Below, one piece after another: positions 46,205 through 56,658 of a stretch of 64,000 nt of DNA. The stretch's first letter is position 1; every line of letters starts with the position of its first letter. The stretch comes from Nitrospira sp. (GTDB lineage Bacteria; Nitrospirota; Nitrospiria; Nitrospirales; Nitrospiraceae). A program made the position numbers and the translations under genes. Location of the stretch: NCBI GenBank assembly GCA_005116955.1, contig SWDI01000002.1, positions 416,954-480,953 of the forward strand, given 5' to 3'. The notes beneath the pieces were generated by a model that saw nothing but the letters and a program-made list of their open reading frames with translations, was not told where the DNA came from and did not search any database.

Positions 46205-47401
46205 TCAGATGGCGACCTCGACGCCCATCAAGGCCACATCATCAGGAAATTGCTCATGCCCCTGCCAGCGCACCGCCTCTGCGATCGTCTCCGTGATGAC
46301 GGTCTCTAAGGGTTGCTGACCCAGTGCTTGAATCGTCATGTCCAACCGCCTCTGTCCCCACAACTCCCCGCTCGCTGCAGGGAATTCGTACAGTCCGTCG
46401 CTGAGCAGATACAACCGATCGCCCCGACCAATAGGAAGCGTCGCGGTGACGTAGGTTGTTGAAGGATCAAACCCAAGCGGCAAATTTGGTTGGGCCATCC
46501 AACAGACTTCACCGGACCGGCGGTGAAGCAACGCTCCGCCGTGCCCGGCTGTCGCATAGGAGAGGGTATGGCATCGAAGATCGAGACTCGCGAAGACAAT
46601 CGTGAAATAGTGTCCAGATTCCGTGAGTGGGAATTGCTTATTGGCTTCCGTCAGAATGGCTCCAGGGTCATTCGAGCCGACATGACGGAGCAAACTGTCT
46701 CTTCGAAGAAAGGTGGCGAATGAGGCGGATCGCAACGCCGGTGACACACCATGGCCCGACGCATCGAGCAGATACAAACCCAGCGCATCCTCACTCCACG
46801 GCACGACATTGAAGAGGTCGCCGCCCAAGGCGAGAGAGGGTCGGTAGGCATGGACCATCCGCACACCCGGCAAGATGGCCCCCGGGGGAGGAAGCAGCGA
46901 CTCCACATAACGCGCGGCGGACTGCAACTCCTGTTCGAGCGCCTCCTGCTTCTGGCGGATCTCCTCGGTGGCATCGCTCAACCTTCTGACCAACGTCGCC
47001 GCACGTATCCCGGCCTGCACGCGGGCCGTAATTTCATACTTACTGGCCGCTTTACTCAGAAAGTCATCGGCGCCGCGAGCCAAGCCTTCAGCGATCTGCT
47101 CCGGTTGATCGTGACTCGTCATCATCAAGATCTGACTCGTCAGGAGTTCCGGATCTCGCCGAACATATTCGCAGAAGGACGGCCCGTCCATTTCCGGCAT
47201 CATCCAATCCAGGATGGTGAGACTGGGCCGCTCACGCCGAAGCGCCTCCAACCCGGCTTTCCCGTCGCCGGCTTGGATCACCCGATAGCCGAGCCGTTTC
47301 AGTCGAGCCGCTAAGGCCAGCCGTGCCGTGGGCTCATCATCCACGACCAGCACGGTTTGCGACACCACCTGAGCTGTCTGTTCAACCGACGTTAACGGCA
47401 T
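46205..47401 (-). CDS. Response-regulator receiver fused to PP2C (SpoIIE/RsbU-type) phosphatase
   Basis: The start is placed at MPLTSVEQTAQVVSQTVLVVDDEP. REC features are DDE...ILDWMMPEMDG...SKA. The C-terminal half has the PP2C motifs GGDLFNV, YLLDASGHGV and LYLLSDGLYE...DDVALMGVEV. Confidence 0.85.
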   Translation of the reverse strand: MPLTSVEQTAQVVSQTVLVVDDEPTARLALAARLKRLGYRVIQAGDGKAGLEALRRERPSLTILDWMMPEMDGPSFCEYVRRDPELLTSQILMMTSHDQPEQIAEGLARGADDFLSKAASKYEITARVQAGIRAATLVRRLSDATEEIRQKQEALEQELQSAARYVESLLPPPGAILPGVRMVHAYRPSLALGGDLFNVVPWSEDALGLYLLDASGHGVSPALRSASFATFLRRDSLLRHVGSNDPGAILTEANKQFPLTESGHYFTIVFASLDLRCHTLSYATAGHGGALLHRRSGEVCWMAQPNLPLGFDPSTTYVTATLPIGRGDRLYLLSDGLYEFPAASGELWGQRRLDMTIQALGQQPLETVITETIAEAVRWQGHEQFPDDVALMGVEVAI

Positions 47402-47604
47402 TGAGTATCCAGACTTGCGGCTGTGAGGTGTAGGTTTCCGCAGGATGTTCAAACAGGCTGTCGTTCTCACCCGCCCACCCCGGCGCGCCAAGACGCGCCC
47501 TTCCACAGGCAAGGCCACAGCGAGCGAGAGTGAGCAGGCTCAGAGGAGACTTGATTCGCTCAACCTTGACTTCCCTGATGCTGGCGGCCTGTTTCAGCAT
47601 CCGG

Positions 47605-47955
47605 CTAGGCTGCGCGTTGATGTCCAGTCAAGGCATCCTGCTCATTATCATAGACTGGAATCAGTTTCTGAATGTTAGCCAGGCTCATGATTTCCCGAAC
47701 ATAACTTTGCGGCTTCAACATGCTGACTTTCGCCTGACTCAACTTGAAGTTTTGAGACACAAGCGCCAGCAAGCCGAGGCCGGAGCTGTCCACGAATCGA
47801 ACCTCCGCCATGTTCAAGATCAGATGACGGCAGCCCTTCTGCCGGATCGCTTCAACCGCGGTCTTGAACTGTTCACGATTGGCATAAGTGAGATCGCCCG
47901 TCATCTCAAGAATCACACCGTTCGGCACGGGGCGTTCTTTTGTTTGCATCGCCAT
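47605..47955 (-). CDS. STAS-domain anti-sigma-factor antagonist (RsbV/SpoIIAA/HsbA-like)
   Basis: The start is MAMQTKERP, preceded by AGGAGG. LILNMAEVRFVDSSGLGLLAL contains the conserved phosphorylatable Ser context (D-S-S-G-L). Confidence 0.85.
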   Translation of the reverse strand: MAMQTKERPVPNGVILEMTGDLTYANREQFKTAVEAIRQKGCRHLILNMAEVRFVDSSGLGLLALVSQNFKLSQAKVSMLKPQSYVREIMSLANIQKLIPVYDNEQDALTGHQRAA

Positions 47956-48040
47956 GACTTCCTCCTTCATTTAGATCGGCAAGATTGCCTCATATATGTG
48001 AAGCGCCGCACGTGACGCGTATCTCGTTCCGGATTCGGAC

Positions 48041-48077
48041 GTTTCACGTTACTTCCCATCGCTTCACGTTTCACGAA
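48041..48077. repeat. Direct copies of the GTTTCACG motif downstream of cheB
   Basis: GTTTCACGTT (48041-48050) and GCTTCACGTTTCACGAA (48061-48077) show the same motif family as 44841-44918 and 53739-53800. Confidence 0.45.
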
Positions 48078-48129
48078 CCACACATCGAGGCGAATCCGTT
48101 GGATGATCGGCAGAGAAACTCCTGATTTC

Positions 48130-49200
48130 TCAACGGCTCACATGGGCCAAAATGGCGCCGGCGATATCATCCAGTGGCAACACTTTGTCGACCCCGCCCA
48201 TTTTGATTGCCTCTTTGGGCATCCCAAAGACGACACAACTCGCTTCATCCTGAGCAATCGTGAAGGCACCGGCCTGTTTCATGGTCAACATTTCCTTCGC
48301 GCCGTCTCCCCCCATCCCCGTGAGGATCACCCCGACGGCATTCGCACCGGCATACTGGGCGACCGAGGCAAACATCACATCCACCGATGGCCGATGGCGG
48401 TTGACGGGAGGATCCTGATTCAGATGCACAGTGTATCGAGCGCCGCTCCTGACGAGTGTCATATGAAAATTCCCCGGAGCCACCAGTGCATGTCCCGGCA
48501 ACACACTGTCGCCATGCTGGGCTTCTTTGACACCGATACGGCAGAGGCTGTCCAGCCGATCGGCCCAGGTCTTCGTAAACCGTTCTGGCATATGCTGGGT
48601 AATGAGAATCGGGGGGGTGTCCGGCGGCAGCATTTCCAAGAGATCCTTCACCGCCTCAGTGCCACCGGTTGAAGACCCGATAGCGATGATGGTATCGGTG
48701 GTCTTGATCATCGAAGTTCGCGACGCGTAGTTCGTGACGCGTGAAGTGTCTAATTCTGAAGGCGAGAGAGGTTTCACCTTCAACGGACGCACCCGTGCCA
48801 TAGCAGCAGCCTTGACCTTGGCGATCAAATCCTGCGCAACCTCCTCCATCCCTTCACGAAGATCGAGCTTCGGCTTCGTAATGAAGTCAACCGCGCCAAG
48901 CTCCAAGGCCCGCATCGTCGTCTGGCAACCGGCTTCCGTCAGAGAGCTCACCATCACGACCGGCATCGGATGCCCGCGCATCAGTTTCTCAAGAAACGTG
49001 ATCCCATCCATTTTTGGCATTTCGACGTCAAGCGTGAGCACGTCGGGATTCAGGGCTTTGATTTTCTCCCGAGCGATGAATGGATCCGGAGCCGATCCAA
49101 CCACCTCGATGTCCGGATCTTTAGCAAGTAAGGTCGCGAGCACTTGCCGCATCAGGGCCGAATCATCCACGGTCAGTACTCGAATTTTTGGCATAGCCAC
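48130..49200 (-). CDS. cheB: Chemotaxis protein-glutamate methylesterase/glutaminase (REC + CheB catalytic domain)
   Basis: 356 aa. REC features are [13 protein letters not shown]...[14 protein letters not shown]. The catalytic domain has [21 protein letters not shown] and GMGGDGA. GTG 49200 or ATG 49194 could be the start. Confidence 0.95.
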   Translation of the reverse strand: MAMPKIRVLTVDDSALMRQVLATLLAKDPDIEVVGSAPDPFIAREKIKALNPDVLTLDVEMPKMDGITFLEKLMRGHPMPVVMVSSLTEAGCQTTMRALELGAVDFITKPKLDLREGMEEVAQDLIAKVKAAAMARVRPLKVKPLSPSELDTSRVTNYASRTSMIKTTDTIIAIGSSTGGTEAVKDLLEMLPPDTPPILITQHMPERFTKTWADRLDSLCRIGVKEAQHGDSVLPGHALVAPGNFHMTLVRSGARYTVHLNQDPPVNRHRPSVDVMFASVAQYAGANAVGVILTGMGGDGAKEMLTMKQAGAFTIAQDEASCVVFGMPKEAIKMGGVDKVLPLDDIAGAILAHVSR

Positions 49201-49210
49201 CCTTGTATCT

Positions 49211-49254
49211 CGTGAAGCGCGAAACGTCTCGAACCCATCAAGGGCCGCTTCACG
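49211..49254. repeat. 9-bp perfect inverted repeat of the same motif family in the cheD-cheB spacer
   Basis: CGTGAAGCG (49211-49219) pairs with CGCTTCACG (49246-49254). GCGAAACGTCTCGAAC lies in between. Confidence 0.45.
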
Positions 49255-49258
49255 CCGC

Positions 49259-49876
49259 TCAGAACAGTGTCACATCCTCTTCCGCCGCCACGACATGTTT
49301 CTCTACTTGCAACTTGGACGCATATTCACGTTCCCGTGTCGCGATCGTGTCATTTTTGACTTTCTCAATTTTTTTCATCAGCACACGTCCCGACTCAGTA
49401 AAATAATAGACTTTCCTCGGCAAGACGTCTCCGAGATCCGTCTTGCACGCGGTGAGTCCTTCCGTCTTGATATACTCAAGGACCCACTCGGCATTTCTCG
49501 CCCCCACATCGATGTTCCCCTCATAGATGCGTCCCGCCCCGAACAGTTTTATCTCCAGACGGCTCTTCACTCCACCCCGCTTCAGAATGCCGTTGATCAA
49601 CGACTCCATGGCATAAGGCCCATAGCGAGTCGATTCGCCCCATGAGTCAGTTCCTGCCTCTTTGGGCTTTGGCAACATGAAATGGTTCATTCCCCCGACA
49701 CCGGCAAGAGGGTCACGAATACAGGCGGACACACAGGACCCGAGAACGGTATACACAATCATCGGCTGGTCGCTAACGAAATATTCTCCCGGAAGAATCG
49801 CGGCAATCTCATGCGGGAACCGATGATCCTTCATACGCCGGATATGGGCGAATTGATCGCTTGCGACACGCGGCAT
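49259..49876 (-). CDS. cheD: Chemoreceptor glutamine deamidase
   Basis: [43 protein letters not shown] is the canonical CheD core. The ATG at 49876 lies 4 nt after the cheR stop; the ORF-track start at 49915 would overlap cheR. Confidence 0.9.
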   Translation of the reverse strand: MPRVASDQFAHIRRMKDHRFPHEIAAILPGEYFVSDQPMIVYTVLGSCVSACIRDPLAGVGGMNHFMLPKPKEAGTDSWGESTRYGPYAMESLINGILKRGGVKSRLEIKLFGAGRIYEGNIDVGARNAEWVLEYIKTEGLTACKTDLGDVLPRKVYYFTESGRVLMKKIEKVKNDTIATREREYASKLQVEKHVVAAEEDVTLF

Positions 49877-49880
49877 CGGC

Positions 49881-50708
49881 TCAACCGTCCTTCCGATAGA
49901 TCGTCGGAGCGACACCCGTAAAGGGATGAGTCACCCATTGGAGACTTTCGGAATGGCCGATAAAGAGATGTCCACCAGGCTTCAAGTATCGATAAAACTT
50001 ATTCACGAGCCGCTCTTGAGTCGGGCGGTCAAAATAAATCATCACATTCCGGCAAAAGATGAGATCGAGAGGGCTCTTGATCGGAAACTGTTCATCCATC
50101 AAGTTCAGGCGCCGGAATTGAATCATCGCCGACAGATGAGGCTTGACTTTGAGCATGCCGTCGCTCCCCCCTTGCCCACGGAGAAAGTGCCGCCTCACCG
50201 TCTCCAACGGAACATCCTGGACACGTTCCGCGTCGTAGACACCGGCTGCCGCCTTCGCCAGCACGCGCGTGGACAGATCGGATGCCAGAATCTTGCAATT
50301 CCACTGCGTAGGATCGGATACGCCATCGTACAACGTCATTGCGATCGTATAGGGCTCTTCGCCCGTCGAACAGGCCGACGACCAAATACGGATCCTTTTC
50401 TCGGATTCCAGTTGAGGAAGAATCTCTTCACGGAGAAACTCGAAGTGCCTTGGCTCACGGAAAAAGTCCGTTTTATTGGTCGAGATCAAGTCCAGCATCC
50501 TGGTGAATTCTTCCCGGCTGGAATCCTTGGTCACGTGATCGTGGTATTCGGAAAAGGTTGAGAGCTTGAGCTCGCGCAGACGTTTCGAGAGTCTGGAGGC
50601 CACCAATCCCTGTTTCTGATCATTGAGCGAAATCCCGCTCTCGTCATAGATCAACGTCCGAAACCGTTGAAATTCTTCAGTTGAGATCTCAAGGTCCATA
50701 CCAATCAC
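49881..50708 (-). CDS. cheR: Chemotaxis protein methyltransferase
   Basis: 275 aa. TDFFREPRHFEFL, IWSSACSTGEEPYTIAM and IFCRNVMIYFD are canonical CheR motifs. GTG 50708 or ATG 50699 could be the start. Confidence 0.95.
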   Translation of the reverse strand: MIGMDLEISTEEFQRFRTLIYDESGISLNDQKQGLVASRLSKRLRELKLSTFSEYHDHVTKDSSREEFTRMLDLISTNKTDFFREPRHFEFLREEILPQLESEKRIRIWSSACSTGEEPYTIAMTLYDGVSDPTQWNCKILASDLSTRVLAKAAAGVYDAERVQDVPLETVRRHFLRGQGGSDGMLKVKPHLSAMIQFRRLNLMDEQFPIKSPLDLIFCRNVMIYFDRPTQERLVNKFYRYLKPGGHLFIGHSESLQWVTHPFTGVAPTIYRKDG

Positions 50709-50896
50709 TCCACCACTCGGTTTGTCACCATGGGAGTCGAATGGTTTCTTTATCGGTCGCTTGGCGTGATTTCTTAACCGCTATTGCAGCGATGGTTTGG
50801 AGACCGAGAGCAGACGCGAACGCGCTGACTCATGCGCCGAGGGTCTTGTGGGTCACTGAGGCCTGGGCAAGCGGAAGGGAGCGTCCTGTGGCCATC

Positions 50897-53563
50897 CTAA
50901 AACTCCTCAAAGCTGTCGTTGGGCCCATGATGCCCCTGGTTGTGTTGGACTGTTTCGCCGACCGGCACTTTCCGTGCGAGCGCCGATGCCATAGCCGAAT
51001 TTTTAGCGGAACGGCCACCCTCGTGGGCGACAGACCTCACCATGGGTTTGACAGTCGACGGCATCACTGACACCGGCTCAGCGTGACGGCCCGGAGCGAT
51101 TTTGAAGGCCTGCACCTGTTGCAGAAGCTCCCTGGCCTGATCCTGCATCGACTGCGCTGCGTTGGCGGTTTCTTCGACCACGCCGACATTCTGCTGCGTC
51201 GCTTGATCCATCGCCATGATGGCCCGGTTAACCTGATCAATCCCGATCGCCTGTTCCTGCGAGGCGGCGCTGATCTCCGCAATGATATCCGTCACACGCT
51301 TGACGGAATTGACGATCTCCTCCAGCGTCTTGCCCGATTGATTGACCAGCTCGCTCCCGTCATTCACCCGCTGGATCGACTCCTTGATTAACCCCTTGAT
51401 CTCCTTCGCGGCTGTGGCCGACCGCTGGGCCAGATTCCGCACTTCGGTCGCCACCACGGCAAAGCCTCGCCCATGTTCGCCTGCCCTCGCTGCTTCGACC
51501 GCCGCATTCAAGGCCAACAGATTCGTCTGGAACGCAATCTCATCGATCACCGTGATGATGTCGGCGATCTTCTTGCTACTCTTGTTGATCTCGTCCATGG
51601 CCCCCACAGCCTGCTGCGTCACGACCCGGCCCTTATCCGCAGTGGCGCGAGCGTTAATCGCCAGCTGATCGGCCTGCTTGGCATTGTCCGCGTTTTGCTT
51701 CACCGTCGACGTCATCTCCTCCATGGAAGCGGAGGTCTCTTCGAGCGCAGCCGCCTGTTGACTCGTGCGCTGCGAAAGATCCTTATTCGCGTCGGCAATT
51801 TGTTCCGCGCCGGCCGTGACCCCTTCCACCGCCTGGTGGACGGTCGCGATGGTGGCGGTCAGGTTGGTGAGTGCCGTATTGATACTGCTCTTGATCTTGT
51901 CCAGCTCCCCTGCGTAGACCCCCTGCATAGACTGGGTCAAATCGCCGTTCGCCAAGGCAAAGAGCGTATCTTGCGCCTCCGTCATGCAGGCCTGCAACGT
52001 GGCCTGAGCTTGCGTCTGCACCGTGATATCAGTGGCATACATCACGACCTTGTAGGCAACCCCGTTCGCATTTAGAATCGGCGTATACGAGGCCTGCAGC
52101 CAAAGTTCCTTGCCACCCTTGGCCTGCAAATGATAGACACCCGTGTCCGCTTCATTTCGGCTGAACTTCTGCCAGAACGCTGTGTACTCACTCGTGTTCG
52201 TACTGGGGGCATCATAGAACATCCGGTGGTGCTGCCCCTTCACTTCATCGAAGCTGTACCCCGTACACTCCAAGAATTGCTGATTGGCGTCCACTACCGT
52301 TCCGTCCAGCGTGAATTCAATCACCGCCTGTAATTTCATGATGGCCGCAATTTTCCCCTCATACTCCGCGTTGCGCTGTCTCCGGGCCGTTACGTCGGTC
52401 GCGAAAGTCATGATCTTGGTCAGCTTGCCATGGGTATCCAGAATCGGGGTAAACGCATTCTGGAACCAAAACTCTTTTCCACCTTGGCCCAGCCACAGAT
52501 GAACCGCGGAGTTGAATTCGCCCCGGTTTAACTTCTGCCAAAAGGCGACATAGTCACCCGTAGCGGTAAAGACCGGATCGCAAAACATCCGGTGATGCCG
52601 CCCGCTAATGTCATCGAGCCGATAGCCCAGCGTCGTCAGGAAGTTCTCGTTAGCCGTGAGGACCGTCCCGTCAAGCTTGAACTCGATCACCATTTGCGAC
52701 TGGCCTAAGGCATTCGTCACTCCCGACATCTCCGCCGCCTGGGTCGCCAGCGCCTCGGCCTGCTTGGCCGACGCGGCCTCCAGCGACCCCGCCATCTGAT
52801 TGAACGCCTGCGCGAGCTGCCCGATTTCCTCCGCCGTGGTCACCGTGGACCGATACCCCAGATTTCCACGTTGCAATTGAGTGGCCGCCTCCAGAACATT
52901 CTCCAACCCCGACACCAGGAACTTGGAGATGGCCCAATTACCGAACAAGCTCAGAGCAAGCGCTCCCACAATGAGGGCGATCATGAATATCGTCAGGGTC
53001 ATGGCGGCACTTCGGCTGGATTCATGGTTCTCTTGGGCTTGACCTTCGTTCTCCTCGACCAAGGCGTTGACGGAATCCAGCAGCTGCGCAAGTTTCTCCG
53101 CCAATTGCGTATCTTGTAGTTCCGACGCAGCGTCTTTGCTGTAGTTGTCGCTCAACGTCAGGACCTTCGTGCGAATCTCTTTATAGCCGGCCCACTCAGC
53201 TTTGAGCTTGTCAAAGGTCTTTTGTTCTGACTCGGTCACGATGATCGAAGCATAGTCTGCTTGAAATTTGTCGATCCTGTCGTCGAGCTTGGCAATCTCG
53301 GCCATCCACTTTTTCATCGTGGCCGCATCGCGGCCCAGAATATGCCACGCCACGAGGGAGCTCATCCGATTGGACGCGCCCTGCAATTCACCCAGCTGCT
53401 TGAGCGGCAACACATTAATCTTGAAGATGGTTTCGATACGGTCGCTGAGGTGCATCAAGCCGGCAATGGACATGCCCCCCACAATCAGCAGGGCCAGACA
53501 GATCATGCCGGAACTGAGCAACAGCTTGGCTTTCGTCTTAAGATTGTTCAGTATGTTCATCAT
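50897..53563 (-). CDS. Methyl-accepting chemotaxis protein 1 (4HB sensor - HAMP - PAS - PAS - MA domain)
   Basis: The start is placed at [16 protein letters not shown] with GAGGA upstream. A periplasmic four-helix-bundle-type region lies between two TM helices, followed by HAMP ([13 protein letters not shown]). Two PAS domains carry G.HHRMF(C/Y)D...FWQK. The signalling hairpin is [41 protein letters not shown]. The protein ends ...DSFEEF. Confidence 0.9.
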   Translation of the reverse strand: MMNILNNLKTKAKLLLSSGMICLALLIVGGMSIAGLMHLSDRIETIFKINVLPLKQLGELQGASNRMSSLVAWHILGRDAATMKKWMAEIAKLDDRIDKFQADYASIIVTESEQKTFDKLKAEWAGYKEIRTKVLTLSDNYSKDAASELQDTQLAEKLAQLLDSVNALVEENEGQAQENHESSRSAAMTLTIFMIALIVGALALSLFGNWAISKFLVSGLENVLEAATQLQRGNLGYRSTVTTAEEIGQLAQAFNQMAGSLEAASAKQAEALATQAAEMSGVTNALGQSQMVIEFKLDGTVLTANENFLTTLGYRLDDISGRHHRMFCDPVFTATGDYVAFWQKLNRGEFNSAVHLWLGQGGKEFWFQNAFTPILDTHGKLTKIMTFATDVTARRQRNAEYEGKIAAIMKLQAVIEFTLDGTVVDANQQFLECTGYSFDEVKGQHHRMFYDAPSTNTSEYTAFWQKFSRNEADTGVYHLQAKGGKELWLQASYTPILNANGVAYKVVMYATDITVQTQAQATLQACMTEAQDTLFALANGDLTQSMQGVYAGELDKIKSSINTALTNLTATIATVHQAVEGVTAGAEQIADANKDLSQRTSQQAAALEETSASMEEMTSTVKQNADNAKQADQLAINARATADKGRVVTQQAVGAMDEINKSSKKIADIITVIDEIAFQTNLLALNAAVEAARAGEHGRGFAVVATEVRNLAQRSATAAKEIKGLIKESIQRVNDGSELVNQSGKTLEEIVNSVKRVTDIIAEISAASQEQAIGIDQVNRAIMAMDQATQQNVGVVEETANAAQSMQDQARELLQQVQAFKIAPGRHAEPVSVMPSTVKPMVRSVAHEGGRSAKNSAMASALARKVPVGETVQHNQGHHGPNDSFEEF

Positions 53564-53738
53564 AGATATCCTCAGCTTGTGAATCTCGCTCCCTCCGGTC
53601 CCGGTACGATCTTTAGGAAGAAATTCACCCGCTTGGTGCCCACTATTGGACTTCCCAGCAACTTCTTCATCGGTTGTGGATAGAGGAAACATGAGAAGGG
53701 TAAGGAACGACGAGGCGAGCGTCTCGGGCAACGGCTTT

Positions 53739-53800
53739 GAGTTTCATGTCTCAGGTTTCATGTTGAGAGAACAGTCTCTGAGAACGTGAAACGTGAAACT
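53739..53800. repeat. Imperfect palindromic heptamer-repeat element between MCP2 and MCP1
   Basis: GAGTTTCATGTCTCAGGTTTCATGTTGAGAGA - ACAG - TCTCTGAGAACGTGAAACGTGAAACT. GTTTCATGTT pairs with AACGTGAAAC, with a G.U wobble only in the plus-strand RNA sense. Confidence 0.55.
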
Positions 53801-56486
53801 AGAATTCCTCAAAATCCTCTCTGGACGTCTGCTGCCCTCCCCCACCAACGGCAACGCGAGGGCTTTCTCGTACCGTCGCTCGAGGTACTGGCGGCGGAAG
53901 CCCTCTCGACTCCTCTACGGATTCACTGAAGGCTTTTGCAATCGAACGAGCCGCATGTTCCCGTACCGCGGCAATGGACGGGATAGCGGCCTTCTCTTCT
54001 TCAGAGATCGTGAGCTTGAAGATGGCCATTCGGCGCAACAGTTCATCCGCTTGGGCCTTCATCGAGTAACTCGCACTGGTGATTTCTTCCACTAAGGCCG
54101 CATTCTGTTGGGTCGTCTGATCCACCACCATCACCGCCTTGTTGACTTGAGCAACCCCACTGGCCTGTTCCTGCGACGCCGCGCTGATCTCCGCGATGAT
54201 GTCCGTGACACGCTTGACCGAATTGACGATGTCTTCCAACGTCCTCCCGGACTGATTGACCAACTCGCTGCCATTGGTCACGCGCTGGATCGACTCATTG
54301 ATCAACCCTTTGATCTGCTTGGCGGCCGATGCCGACCGCTGCGCCAGGTTCCGCACTTCGGCCGCCACCACGGCAAAGCCCCGTCCATGTTCGCCCGCCC
54401 GCGCCGCTTCCACCGCCGCGTTCAAGGCCAACAGATTCGTCTGGAACGCAATCTCATCGATCACCGTGATGATATCGGCGATCTTCTTGCTGCTCTTGTT
54501 GATCTCCATCATGGCCGCAACGGCCTGCTTGGTGACATCTCCTCCCAGGTTGGCTGTCTCCCGGGCTTCAAGCGCCAGTTGGTTGGCTTGCTTGGCATTG
54601 TCGGCGTTTTGTTTCACCGTCTCCGTCATCTCCTGCATCGATGAGGAGGTTTCTTCAAGCGAGCTCGCCTGTTCACCGGTCCGCTGCGACAGATCGGAAT
54701 TGCCCTTATTAATCTCCTCGGAGCCGCTCACGACCGACTCCACGACTTCCCGAACGGTGGTGATGGTCTGAATGAGATTTCGCACCACCGCATTGACACT
54801 CGTCTTCACCTTCTCCAGCCCGCCGTGGTAGACCCCGGTCATCTCCTGCGACAGATCGCTCGCCGCAACCCGCTCCAGAATCGTTTCTACCTCAGCCACA
54901 AGGTGCTCCATCTCAGCCGACGCCTGTTTCTGCGCCGTCATATCGGTTGCGAAGGTGACGACTTTGTAGGGTTTCCCGGAGACATCGAGAATCGGGGTGA
55001 ACGTGGCTTGCAGCCAGCACTCCTTGCCTCCCTTGCTTGACCACTGATACAAGCCGGCATCAGATTCCCCTCGGTTGAGCTTCTGCCAGAAAGCCACACA
55101 GTGCCCGCTGTTTGCAGAAGCCGGAGGACAGAACAGCCGATAATGCTGGTTCTTAATTTCATCGAGCCGATAGCCCACGGCACTCAAAAAGATGGCGTTG
55201 GCGTTTCGCACCGTCCCATCCATATTGAATTCCACCATCGCCTGCCCCTGGTCGATGGCTTTCAGGATGCCCTCGGATTCAATCGCCGCCAACTTCTGTG
55301 CGGTCACATCCATCGCATACTTCACGACTTTGTAGACCTTCCCGTCGGCGCTAAGAATTGGGTTATACGAAGCCTGGATCCACACATCCTGGCCGTTCTT
55401 GCGTTTTCGAGCATACACCCCTGCATCGACCTCACCACGGCCCAGCTTCGACCAAAACGCCTGATACTCGGCACTGTTCACATAGCTGGAATCACAGAAC
55501 ATCCGATGGTGCTTACCCTTGATGTCACCCAGACGGTATCCCAGGCATTGGAGGAAGTTGTCGTTCGCCGTGATAACCGTGCCGTCAATGTCGAACTCGA
55601 TTACCGCTTGAGCTCGACTGATCGCGTCTGTAATACTCTTGACCTCGGAATTCGTGGCGGCGATTTCGGCCTGTTGTACCTGTTGTGCCGTCGCGGCGGT
55701 GCGGAGCTTCTCTCCCATGTCATTAAAGGCCTGGGCCAGCTTCCCCACCTCATCTTGCGCCTCCACGGAGGCCCGTGCCGACAGATCGCCACTGCCCAGC
55801 CGCTGCGCTGCCTGCAGGACCTCTCTCATGTTTCGTGCGATGAACCGAGCCATCAACGAACTAAACACGATCCCCAAGACGACCCCGCCAAGGTTGACGA
55901 TCATCAACATCACTTTGCCGATGGCATAGAGCGACTGCGCGCGCTCATATTGCTGCCGGGCCTCTGTCTGGGTGGCCTCAACCATCTGCGCAAGGCGCTT
56001 GCTGACAGCCTCGTACGACAACCGCGTTTCGTGATCGATACGTGCCATCGCCTGAGTCTGCTTACCCTCCATCGCCAATTCGATGGTGATCAACCGACTA
56101 GTGCGATAGTCCGCGAGCGCCTCCTTGAATTCGCCGAATGATTTCCGGACTGCATCCGTGCTGATCATTTTTTCGAAGAGAGCTTTGTTCTCGTCGTTCT
56201 GCTTTGACAATTCGGCTATCTTGACGAGCGACGCCTCTTGGTGCTCCTTGTCCGGAGCCGTCACCGCACGCAGCACCCAGAACCGCACCATCGATATATT
56301 GTTTTGAATGGTGAGTGCTTGGCGGACGGCATTGAGCTGTACCTCATAGAGATTCTCGCTGCTAGCATTGATCGACCTCAAACTCATCACGCCCATCGTC
56401 CCAACCACCGTCATAATGACGCCGATCAGGGCAGACCCGATCATGAGTTTTGCCATCACGGTTTGATTCTTAAACCAGGTCACCAT
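53799..56486 (-). CDS. Methyl-accepting chemotaxis protein 2 (4HB - HAMP - PAS - PAS - MA)
   Basis: The start is placed at MVTWFKNQTVMAKLMIG with AGGAGG upstream. The architecture and signalling hairpin match MCP1. The protein ends ...REDFEEF. Confidence 0.9.
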   Translation of the reverse strand: MVTWFKNQTVMAKLMIGSALIGVIMTVVGTMGVMSLRSINASSENLYEVQLNAVRQALTIQNNISMVRFWVLRAVTAPDKEHQEASLVKIAELSKQNDENKALFEKMISTDAVRKSFGEFKEALADYRTSRLITIELAMEGKQTQAMARIDHETRLSYEAVSKRLAQMVEATQTEARQQYERAQSLYAIGKVMLMIVNLGGVVLGIVFSSLMARFIARNMREVLQAAQRLGSGDLSARASVEAQDEVGKLAQAFNDMGEKLRTAATAQQVQQAEIAATNSEVKSITDAISRAQAVIEFDIDGTVITANDNFLQCLGYRLGDIKGKHHRMFCDSSYVNSAEYQAFWSKLGRGEVDAGVYARKRKNGQDVWIQASYNPILSADGKVYKVVKYAMDVTAQKLAAIESEGILKAIDQGQAMVEFNMDGTVRNANAIFLSAVGYRLDEIKNQHYRLFCPPASANSGHCVAFWQKLNRGESDAGLYQWSSKGGKECWLQATFTPILDVSGKPYKVVTFATDMTAQKQASAEMEHLVAEVETILERVAASDLSQEMTGVYHGGLEKVKTSVNAVVRNLIQTITTVREVVESVVSGSEEINKGNSDLSQRTGEQASSLEETSSSMQEMTETVKQNADNAKQANQLALEARETANLGGDVTKQAVAAMMEINKSSKKIADIITVIDEIAFQTNLLALNAAVEAARAGEHGRGFAVVAAEVRNLAQRSASAAKQIKGLINESIQRVTNGSELVNQSGRTLEDIVNSVKRVTDIIAEISAASQEQASGVAQVNKAVMVVDQTTQQNAALVEEITSASYSMKAQADELLRRMAIFKLTISEEEKAAIPSIAAVREHAARSIAKAFSESVEESRGLPPPVPRATVRESPRVAVGGGGQQTSREDFEEF

Positions 56487-56658
56487 CGTCCCTCCTACGG
56501 TGAAAGACGCTCCCATAATCTTGTTCCCGCAACCCTAGGTGATTTAGGGAGAGGTACTTATCGTCGACCCTCAGGCCAACGGTGCGAATTCCGCAACCAT
56601 GACCTCCACAGGTACCTTATCGGCATCTTCCTGTGACAAGTAAAAGCAAGAGACCCGC

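Noticed and set aside
48734-49645. 303-aa plus-strand ORF spanning cheB/cheD antisense, and 49926-50561 antisense to cheR
   Set aside because: It crosses an intergenic gap and two well-supported minus-strand genes, and the translation is Ser/Arg-rich with no recognisable domain.
55101-56141. 346-aa plus-strand ORF antisense to MCP2 (similar cases: 51473-52075, 54108-54644, 57922-58524, 58687-59361 inside the MCP genes)
   Set aside because: They lie opposite canonical chemoreceptor coding sequence, show no motifs, and repeat in each paralogue simply because the paralogues are similar.
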